DNA of 64,000 nt, taken from positions 7,750,001 through 7,814,000 of the forward strand of contig CP075497.1 of NCBI GenBank assembly GCA_021613535.1, given 5' to 3'. The DNA comes from Adineta vaga (lineage: Eukaryota; Animalia; Rotifera). The notes beneath the pieces were generated by a model, which was given only the letters and a program-made list of their open reading frames with translations, ran no database searches and was not told the origin of the DNA. Below are positions 12,584-23,045 of this stretch, piece after piece. The stretch's first letter is position 1; the number at the start of each line of letters is the position of its first letter. A program made the position numbers and the translations under genes.

Positions 12584-14278
12584 TTAAGAATAGGTACCGG
12601 GTGTTGAAATAGCTAATGTAGAAGCAGATTTGCATAAATAATCTTTATCTTGATCGTCATAGAATGATTCTTCATCTTTTGGTGTATAGATTTCAATTGT
12701 AGATAATGTAGTTGTATCATTCATAACACGACGATCCATCGATGTATCAAAACCAAATGAAGCAAAGGGTTTTGATGATCGTCCACTACTTTGATCTGAC
12801 GAAGGAGTTGTCGATGATGGAACAATATTTGAAAGTAAATTGTGCGAAGGTCGTTTACTAGAAATCGGCGTCATCATATCTTCATATACATGTTCTTTTT
12901 TCATTCGATTGTCATGGATAGGCGTGTTTGATGGAAATTGAAATGTTGGAATAACATGAGCTCTTTCTGCACGATACGTTGAACGATCAGTATGAGGAGA
13001 AAATGAATGTTTTATAATAGAATTAAGTCGTTGAGAATAAGGTGTTTTTTGTGTATTAGATATTGTATTACTATCAGTAGTTAATGTTTTCTTATGATGC
13101 TTAAAATAATGAAAATTATCATTCAGATTAATTTTTATCATAGTCTTATATCTTACAGATAATTCATCATGTTCATAGTGATGTTTGGCAATAGGATGTT
13201 TAGATGTGACGATACAACTTGTAATAGGTGTAGCTGGTAACGGGGATACCTGTGGAAGTTGATCAATCTGATATACAAGTGAAAATAAGAAATATATGAA
13301 ATAACTTCGTGAGATTATACTTTCGATGAACAACGTCTATTTTTGTCATCAATATCATCATAATATCCATTGGTTGTTGCTGTTACTGGTTGTCTTGATA
13401 TTCGTTCATAATCAATTAATGATGTTCGTGATGTCATATTTGAAGGCGTTAAATTCGTTACTGGTAGAGATGATCTTTCATTATGATATTGTCGGCTGAC
13501 TTGATTCGTATTTGTTAATGGAGATGATATTCGAGTTGGTGAACTAGAACAAAATTTTGATAGAAATTTATCGATTTGATAGTTTCTTACACAGTAAGAA
13601 TATTTTTTGTTGATTTTCGTTCAGTAACCCATGAATGTGTTCTCGCCCATGAATTGAACCAATCGGGATTGTATCGACTATCAAGTACACCTGGCATTCG
13701 TTGATCGAGATATGCAAAGATTTTTTGTCGTTTAGCAACAGATTCTTGAGTTGCTGCCCAATGTATAGGCGTTAGATTAGCATGATCTTTTATTTGTAAA
13801 CATTCACATATATGTTTATCTTCTTTACGTTGTTGATCTTCTGGATTGATTTCATCTTTTTTTATTGATAACAATAACTGTAAGATAGGAAGATTTGCTG
13901 ATCGACAAGCAATATGAACTGCTGTATGACCAGCTGAAAGACGTCTAGAAATATCTTTCTATTCACAGAAAATACTTGTGGATTATAATCAAATACTTAC
14001 AGCTTTGGATCGGCTTTATTGGCAAGGAGATATTCTATCGTTGATAGTTGATTATAATAAGTAGCTGTTGAAAGTGCTGATTCACCATAAAGATTCAATG
14101 CATTAATATCAATTCCTATGAATGATTTATATGAATTATTATTGTAATTGAAACAGTGGACCAGATCTTTGAATATACTTGCCTAATCTGATTACTCACT
14201 ATGTGTTTGTAAACATTTTTGAATTTTAGATGTTTGACCTAATCTTGCATACTGACACAATTCGTCGGCATTAGCCAT
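12584..14278 (-). CDS. Ankyrin-repeat protein with long S/T/P-rich C-terminal tail
   Basis: Spliced ANK repeats (LCQYARLG, GESALSTATYYNQ..LLANKAD, GHTAVHIAC, LTPIHWAA) followed by low-complexity exons. Confidence 0.8.
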
Positions 14279-14506
14279 GATCTGAAAACACAAACCTCTT
14301 TCCAAAAGGTTTTTTCCATTCTCATTTTCTATTCAATTCATTACTTTATGTTTTTAAATGATATATTTTTTATGTAAACAAATATCAATCATGTTTCTTG
14401 TTTTTTTTTATAAACATAAACATACAACTAGCGCTAGTCGCACACAGACATTTGAACTGTTTCAAATATAAATACAAGGAGAAAAAACAAAATATAAGTC
14501 AATTTC

Positions 14507-16458
14507 TTAGGCTGTTGTATACGGATGTGGTCGTCGAGACCTTGTCGTCGATGGTAATTGTTTGTATAATCGATTTCTTTGATATGTTGAACTAGTTGTG
14601 GAAGAATGGGATGAAAGTGATTGTATTGTAGTTGTTGTAGATGATGATGAAGTTTTCTTCTCACTACGTCGTTTATTTTGATTAACAATCAATGGCCAAA
14701 GTACATTACTTGCAATGGTATTGACTGTTCGATCATGATCTGCTCGAGATTTAATGGGTGTTGAATCTTTATTTGTTGAATGTAGTAATGTTAATAGAAC
14801 ATCACTAACACTATCATTTGTTGATGATAGATTTTCACTTATGGTTGATACTGGATTTTCACTATTTGTTGCTATGGATTGTTCAGTTAGTGAATTCCAA
14901 AATTGATCATCATCTTCATAGACAGCAGTGTCTATTGTTGAATTTGATGGCATCAGCATATCATCAAAATTGATAGCACTGGTACTTTGATCAGGTAAAG
15001 ATGTTTCCGTAGTTGTTTGAGAATTCGATATCAATTGTGATGAGGATGATGCAGATTGTGGTGGAGATAAAAGTGTTGAAGTCTGAGTTGTGGTATTTGG
15101 TTGTGTTGACTCGAGCAGTGACGTTGATCGACTAGTCAACCAAAGTGTGAGAAATTTTCCTTGACTATTAAGTGTCGATGACCGACTTGATACATCAATT
15201 CCATCAACTTTGACAAATTCTGTACCTAGAAAGTGAATAAAACCGTATAATAAAAATATTTATAAAAATTCTGCTTTGATATACATACTTTCTCGTAAAT
15301 ATACATTGATGATTGAACGTGACGTGGAATCCAACTCAATAATATAAACTAATTCATATGTAACACCTTGAGCATTTATTAAATGATCATCGGATGTAAT
15401 ATTTAAACGATTTACTATCAAGGCTAGACATGGACTAGATCTAGAATAAACAAAGAGAAGAAAAAATATAAAATTCTACATGTTTTTTCTCCCCACTTCT
15501 ACGCAACTCACCGTTTAAATGTGATCGTTTTCAATTGATTTTGATCTCCACATCGAAAGCAGACGCATGATGTTTGACTTGATCCTACCAACAATGTTGG
15601 TCGTATTTCACCGACATCATGAATAACATCAGTTATACTAAATAATTAAATTAGATATCTCATAATGATCAATAAATGTGTCTTACCTATTTGATATAGT
15701 ACAATCACATTCTTGACATTGACAATGCTCGTTTAGTTCAGTAGAAAATAATTCTTTTAGACATGGATCAAAACGAAAAAGACGGCGAACATTTTGAATG
15801 ATGTTCGTATGTAAAGAATTTTGTCTAGAATAATTAATCAAACGTTGTTTAGATTTCGTTTTACTTAGATCAATTATTCAATACTACCAATGAACTAGCG
15901 GTACAGAATCAACAGCTTTTTACCCGAAAGCCGGACTCCGTACACGCAATGACATGTGGGCGTCATCAGACAGAGCTCGAAGCCTGGTAATTTCAAGCTT
16001 ATGGCCACTATCCGACGTCAAGCCTCACACATCTGATCAGACTCTGCCTTACCTATAAGAATAAAAAGAAATTATTTATTGTGAAAGGAAGAGAAAGAAG
16101 AATTTTTTCTTGGCGTCACCCGAAAGACTGAATTTGGGTTGTTGAAGTGCAATGTGGGTAAAAAAAAGAAAAGAAAAGAAAATGGATTGTATTATACTCA
16201 CTTCAATATATTCTGTAAAATGTTGGAATACTCATCGAAAAGTTTCGATGAATTAGTTGATGGTACAGTTGAAAATAATGTTTGATCAAGATTGTGAAAT
16301 AACGTAGAAGATAATATCTTATTGCTTTGTGATGATGAAATTTCATTATAACGATGTAGAAGATCAGTTAAACAAGTAGAAAGTGTATAGAACGTCGCTG
16401 AAAGCTGACGAGCAGAAATCATAGATGACCAGATTGTTTCACTTGGCATCGTACTCAT
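14507..16458 (-). CDS. USPL1-like (peptidase C98 fold) protein, apparently catalytically dead
   Basis: Five in-frame exons give KELFSTELNEHCQCQEC..., CVCFRCGDQNQLKTITFKRSSPCLAL, GVTYELVYIIE, FVKVDG and KFLTLW, collinear with recalled USPL1 core motifs (IEKLF..FECSQC; CNNC..QIRKMVLEKVSPIFML; GCLYQITSVIQ; WLECDD; IHIVIW). S/T-rich tail ends in RRPHPY, a PY-NLS-like motif. Confidence 0.6.
15888..16052 (-). promoter_or_regulatory. Candidate poison cassette exon / recursive splice site within USPL1-like intron 1
   Basis: 165-nt GC-rich block bounded by a polypyrimidine-TAG acceptor and a G|GTAGTA donor, leaving a typical 61-nt downstream intron. Inclusion gives an immediate stop (AA|G TAA). Confidence 0.6.
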
Positions 16459-17208
16459 TTGTTTGGTAGTATTGTAATTTATGCTGAGTAAAATAAAATA
16501 CGTCTTGGTTTATGAAGAAAGGAGTCATGAGACTCTTCATCGTAAAGGCAAGGATAACACGGAAAATGGCTAATTGAATGTAACATTAATTAAAATGAAA
16601 AAAAGAATTAAATTTAATATAGAATTCTGTTGAAAATAAAGAGAAAAATATTTTATATTTATTTGGAAAGATTTTGTTGAAATTTTGTAGTGTCCATGGG
16701 CGACATCTACCAATTACACAGGAAAGGAAGGGAAGCAGACCTAATCGATCGTTTGTTAATAGATTAAAATAAATGAAAGTAAATACGTGAGATGTAAATT
16801 GAAAGGTGAGATGTCTCGATCGCTTGTCACACAAATAAAAAGTGCCTAAGAAGAAAGGCTTATCGTTCATCATTTTTGTTGTGTTCTTCTTCTTCTCCTC
16901 CTTTTTTGTGATAGATTACAACTCTAGTATTGGAACACGTTTTGAACAACAATTAGTAAATGATCGTAAGCTTATGTTTTATCGATGAATATGTAACGAT
17001 CTATGCATCATAAATACATTCGATCAGTTTTTATATGAATAAGAATAGGACAAGGCCGGACATTTTTAAAATATGTTCTCGAAGGTTGAACAAAAAATAC
17101 AGAACGTGAGTAAATGCGGAAGGAAGAGATATATCCGCTCTCGATTAGATATTTACTACAAAATGTCCTCTTTATATTCTATATACAGGCCTATATCATT
17201 CGATAAGA

Positions 17209-19563
17209 ATGATTGTCAATCAACGACGTTTATTAAGATTTCTTTTTATTATTTTTCTCTTGACATCAGCAACAATTCGTATTGAAGCTGTGGCTGGTCG
17301 ATGTTATCTATGTTCACAAAATACACTTGCTGAATGTGCTGGTAGTACCCAACCCAATTCTCCACTTTATCATACTATTCTTCAATATTATACCGAACCA
17401 TGCAATGGTCAATGTGTTCTTTTTCGAAATGAACATACAGCAACTATACGTGGATGTTCATGGACATACGGACATATGACTACGAAAACAACTGGATGGC
17501 ATGAATTAAGTCCTGGCATACGTGCCTATTTTTGCGATAGTTATCTTTGTAATAATGGTACTTATGAACAACCAGAAAAGACTATGTTTGGTGTAGGAAT
17601 GATCGCCCCTAATGAATTTCTCCCACTACCACTACCACAACCACCACTACCACCACAGCAACAAATCCTTAATCCACAACAGTTATCTATTCTAGTTGGA
17701 AATACACTTCCAATGATGCCAAATAGTAAGTTCGATGAGCTTTTTTTCTTCTCAAATATTTAGCTATTATATATTTAATCTCTGATGACAAAACATAAAT
17801 TTAGATCAACATTTACCATCTATTGACAATGTACATCAACAATTACGTCAGTGTTATTCATGTACAGCTCATCAACAAGGTTGTAATGAATTTCTTGATC
17901 CACATTATGTGTCCAAATATATTCGTCCATGTCCAGCAAGTTGTATTATCTTTCGAAATCCCAATGATCACGATAGTATGTGTATCAACTCGTGGATAAG
18001 AGATATTTTCTAAATTTATTATAGTAATCACACGAGATTGTTCGATATCATGGCCACAAATACATGCAAAAAGTGGTCTTCATAAATTGCTTGGTTCTGA
18101 TGCATTTTTTTGTCAAGAATCCTTGTAAAACAATTCATGCTTATTCAATTATTTATTTCTCTTTCTACTCTTTTAGATGCAATGGAATTAATTTTGATTT
18201 TATTATGGGTTCGTGCATAAATCTTTTCTTTTTTTTTGAAGCACACCGAAACATTTTTATAATTGGTTACTCTCTGATATTTAGGTATTTTTCATAATCA
18301 ATTACCAGCTGTTATAACCTTTCCACCATTACATACAACTACAGTACCGTTTCATACTGAACCTATTACAGATACTTCACCAATTGATACTACGATGATC
18401 AATGTTGATGATAATCAGGATAATGTTAATTGGGAAGATCCTGATTTAGATTTTGTTCTTGTTGAACCAACAATAACAACAACACCACTACCACCACCAT
18501 CACCAATAATTCCAGTTGTAAATACTCCTCCTACTTTTGCAAGTGAATTACCAGATGATATCGATATCATAGATGAATTATCAACACTTTCACTTCCACC
18601 TATTGAACATTTCGATTTCCTTGATGAAATTTCTCCCAGCAGTACGATTGCTGGTGGTGTTGCTGTTGCTCAACAAGATTCTCAATTTAATTGGTGGGAT
18701 GTCGATGAAGCTTCTCCGTCATCTCTACCAGAATCAGATCAAATTCCTTTAGTAACAACAACAACAAAACCAGCAATAGTTCCAGTTTTCCATACATTTA
18801 CAATAGTACCATCAACAAATAAACCAGCAGAAATCGCTGAAGATGACGAATGGTCTATATTCAATACGACTTTAACATCATCAGTTTCTCCTTCGAATCA
18901 TTTATCTGAATCAAATTCTGATATTGAATTTGATATGAATGATTATTTTACTTTTCCATCATTATCAACTACACCAGCAATGAATTCAATACTTAATCGT
19001 ACTCAGCCATTATCACCATTTTATTTTACTGATCATAATACAAAAGAACAACTAGCAGGATTAAATAAACCTATGCCTACATTAGCTGTGCCACCATTTT
19101 CTTGGATGTTACAGTTAGCCAATCAACCCTCAGGTGCTTTACAAAGTCGACAAAATTTTATTAATAAAACTCTTACGACACCATCAACACCAATTGTGAA
19201 TAAAAGGAAGGATAAGAAGAAAACGCTGACATTAAAAGGCAAATCTAGTAATCAAATCGATTATTTTTATGAACTTTGCAAGAAAAAGCAATGTCAAAAT
19301 GGTGGACGTTTAAATTCAGATTGTTTATGTATTTGTTTACCAGCATTTAGTGGAGATCATTGTGAAACTGGTATGATTATTAACTTATGAATTAAACAAG
19401 AAAAACTAAAATATATAATACTCCTTTTCTAGTACATTGTGACCAAGAACCAGCTCATATTTGTGATTTTGTACTTGATCATGAATGTAAAAGTGATTAT
19501 GTTCGTTATTTATGTCCGAAATTTTGTCAGATGAATATTTGTTCTACGAACAAACCCTCGTGA
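17209..19563 (+). CDS. Secreted protein: 2x Ly6/three-finger-like domains, acidic mucin-like spacer, EGF, ShKT-like domain
   Basis: Signal peptide; RCYLC..C..PC..C..RGC..C..LCN and QCYSC..RDC..C..LCN; CQNGGRLNSDCLCICLPAFSGDHCE; C-terminal C..C..C..LCPKFC..C; six exons. Confidence 0.75.
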
Positions 19564-20134
19564 GTGATTTTGTTTATTGAAATGTATACATGTATATATA
19601 TATATGTCCTCACTCATTGTAAATGAGTTTATGTCTGCATTCATATGTGTTCTATCATATCCTATCCTCGACCTATTCTCGCCTTTTTTTTTGTGCGTAT
19701 ATTATCATTATTATCAGTAACGTGATCATATGATGAAAATAGAAAGAATGATTATAAAACGTAAGAAATATGTTAGAAAGAAAAAAAACCTTCGTTGCAT
19801 AATTTTTCGCCCCATCCTACTTCATATTGAGCCTTCGGTTATGTTCCTGTTGTTAGAAGACAAGAAAAGAAAAAGAATAAGACAAAATTGAATATATTCG
19901 TAAAACTTCAATTCCGTTTACACCATTTTCTCGTATACACGGACTGTTCTCTACAATAATACTTCTTTTTCTCTCTTTCGTTCTTCGTGCTCTTTGAAAG
20001 AAAAAAAACTCAAAAGAGAGAAAGAAGGACAATATGGTATGTCTACTGTTGAGTTGTCGAGCAATCGAGTACCTTCAAACTTCTGTATACTTTCATTCTA
20101 GACATAAGCATCAATAAGAATAAACTTAAATATA

Positions 20135-21231
20135 ATGACCAACCAACAACTATCGCCACCACCCCGTGATTTTCTTTGTCCGATAACCCGAGAAATTATG
20201 CAAAATCCTGTGTTACTCATCGAAGACGTAAGTTAAATTGAAAGCAATTTCTATTTTATAGTTTTTGAAAACATTCTTAGGGTCGTTCATATGAATTATA
20301 TGCTTTACAACGTTGGTTACGCGATCATAATTCATCACCAATGACAAATAAACCTTTACGTGATCGTCGTTTTGTACATAATTTTAATTTAAAAAGTGCT
20401 ATCGAAGAATATTGTGCTCAACAAGAGACACTCTCGTTAGCCAATCGTTTTCTTTCATTTAATATACGTTCTGGTCGAATTCCATCCGAATGGAATACTA
20501 AACCTACATTAAAAATTCGTCTTAGTCTTCTTGGTGGTTCAAATGTCGGCAAAACAACATTGGCCCGTTGTCTTCAATATGGTGTTCAATCATCATTTGT
20601 ACATTTAAATACAGCAGCAACAGTAGGACCTGATCTTGTTTTTTTCTATTTGGATCAATTATATGAAAATAAATATGTTATTATTATTCAACTTGCTGAT
20701 ATACCTGGAATGGAACGTTATGAATCTTGTTGTGATAATCATTTTCGTAATTGTCATGGTGCATTATTACTTTCTGATTCGACAGATATCGATTCATTAG
20801 AACGTACAGAACTCTACTGGTATAAACAATTGCAAGCAAAAGGAAAAGATCATGTTGAAGCAATACTTGTTTGTAATAAAATTGATTTATTTGAAACCAA
20901 TTGTGATGCAAAATATCGACGAGTATTTTTTCAACGTGCTGAACATTTTGCTTCATCACATAATATGTCTATCTATCATATATCTGCTATACGTGGTGAT
21001 AATATACAATCGATGTTCAAACAATTAATATTACGTATTCTACAAAATGATTCATTGATACAACAAATCAAAGAAAATAGTATTGCTCTTGACCAAACAT
21101 CGAATCACAAAGATTCAGCACGACGTACATCATCCATTCAAATTTCAATTCAACCAGCAACATCTTTATCATCTATACATAATGATGATGATGAAAGGAG
21201 TTCATCGGGGACATGCTGTAAATTTGCTTGA
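20135..21231 (+). CDS. U-box E3 ligase domain fused to a Rab-like small GTPase (347 aa)
   Basis: Exon 1 PRDFLCPITREIMQNPVL; intron 20228-20280; GRSYE..LQRWL..SPMTN..L...NFNLKSAIEEY completes the U-box. Then G1 GGSNVGKT, G2 TVGPD, G3 DIPGMERY, G4 NKID, G5 SAI and C-terminal CCKFA. Confidence 0.88.
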
Positions 21232-21637
21232 TTGTTTGTTTTTAGAAATTTTTATGGGAACAAGTATCAATTTTGATTATGTATATAAAATAAAGAAGTT
21301 TTTACATAAAAATATGTGTTCAATATACATTTGGTTTAGTTAGTCACAGTCTGTATAGTATATTCATTGCTATCAAGGTGTCGGGTACGGTCTATGATGT
21401 TAATTGTTACTCATTACCTGTTGCCCGTCACGGTCTGCAACACACAAGAAAGTGAATCCAATAGTTTAATTTTATACTTTGACATGTGTTGTGACTATCA
21501 TTTAAAAAAATGTTTATAGATACGTGAAATTAACTTATGTGTCAATTTTTCAATGACATGCAGATTTATTTCAAAGTTGTAACTTTTTCTTTTATTATGT
21601 TTATAGTAAATGATATTAGTAATATTTAACGGAATCT

Positions 21638-21995
21638 TTATTCTCTTGAAGGTGATGTCGAAGCACAATATTGGCACATTGGGCATTTTTTACCATTCAT
21701 ATTCATATAGCTCATTTGGATGTTATCGCATGGCATTTGTATTTGCATACACATTGGAATTGGACAGATATTAAACTAGAAATGAAAACAAATCTTTCTA
21801 ATAAGAGAAAACTACTGCTATGAATACGTACAGATATAACACCGAGTTCTCCTGGAAGAACGGCTGGACTGATTAAAGCTAGAAATAACATATTTAACTA
21901 TATAGTTGTTCAACATTCTTCGATCCCTTACTTGGTTTAGCCCATGCACAGACAATCATATAAATTATGCATAAAAATGAAATGATTACTTTCAT
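21638..21995 (-). CDS. 82-aa secreted Cys-rich peptide (antistasin-like Cys spacing), absent from the ORF track
   Basis: Exons 21995-21932, 21878-21832 and 21775-21638 splice in frame: MKVIISFLCIIYMIVCAWAKPTLISPAVLPGELGVISFNICPIPMCMQIQMPCDNIQMSYMNMNGKKCPMCQYCASTSPSRE*. Confidence 0.75.
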
Positions 21996-22419
21996 ATCGT
22001 CTATTTCTTTTGTATTCAAGTTTGAAAACGAAAAATATGAAGTATATTTTTGAATTTCATTTGCATATATAGATAGTTTATGAGAACTACTTCAGCTGTA
22101 ATGATTGGCGATATTTCTATTTGTGGGTGTTTCTATATTATTCGCAAAGAAAAACAACATTTTAAGTCAATACAAAGACATCTGATATATACTCACTCAC
22201 TCAGAACGATCGTTCTATTTTTTTTCTTTACTGCATATTATCTAGTACTTCTAGAAGGGCGTGTCAACGGCACATTAAAATCCACTGAATATGACAATAT
22301 AAAAAAGTATAAAATCATGTCTGTCGACGTTGTCTTGATAAATTATAAATACATTGCACTTACCGCTACGATTTGTTTCGTCATCTGAATTGTATCACGC
22401 TTTTACTCATTTTTTAATA

Positions 22420-22872
22420 ATGTTGAAACGATACGAAGATCATGAACTAGGAGAATCTGCGAGTCGTCGAGTGAGTTATCATTGCACAGCAGATTATGCA
22501 AAATCTTCCAGAGCAAAATGTCGTCAATGTAATCGGAATATTGATGAAAATGAATTACGATTAGCTCTTATGCTTCAAGATGATGAAGGTTATAAAAATA
22601 CAGCTTGGATGCATTTTGATTGCTTTTGGAAACATGATGAAACAAGAAAACTTGATGGTACTCATGAAATACACAATTTTGCTAAGCTAAAACCTGAAGA
22701 TCAAAAGAGGTACAGTTGTAAATAAAAAACGATATGTTTGATAAATACATACTATTTTTTTCGTAGAATATCAAATTCATTTGAAAATTTAATTACGAAT
22801 AAAACGACGAAAAAAAGAATTCAGAAGAACAATACATCAAAGAAGAGAAAATGTGAATCGGAAGAAGAATGA
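22420..22872 (+). CDS. Stand-alone PARP-type zinc-finger protein (131 aa) with basic NLS-like tail
   Basis: YAKSSRAKCRQC..I..ELRLA...WMHFDCF..L.PEDQKR is a zf-PARP C-x2-C..H-x2-C; intron 22710-22766; tail KKRIQK..KKRK; stop 22870-22872. Confidence 0.85.
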
Positions 22873-23045
22873 TTTATTCTATTGCAATTAACGAACTTAT
22901 TTTATAGTCGGTTTTTCTTAATAAATATTATTATGTTATCAGTATTTTGAGTGTATCTATGATAAATATAGAAGAGATAAAAATATGTTTTTAACTGTTT
23001 CATCAAAGTCTTCATTGCTAGGCCTCGCAAATAAATACTTTTATT

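Noticed and set aside
16015-16035. CxxU-like reading (MCEA-TGA-RRIV) in the USPL1 cassette, suggesting a selenoprotein
   Set aside because: That frame is not the one entered from exon 1, it hits TAG before the donor, and no SECIS was recognised.
15900-16160. Hammerhead (CTGATGA) or RNase P CR-V-like (ACCCAAATTCAGTCT) motifs
   Set aside because: No correctly placed GAAA and stems, and no CR-I partner found; the splice-signal explanation fits better. An Infernal scan is still advisable.
21341-21497. Possible MITE bounded by TAGTCACA...TGTGACTA
   Set aside because: Only an 8-bp inverted repeat and no second copy in the window.
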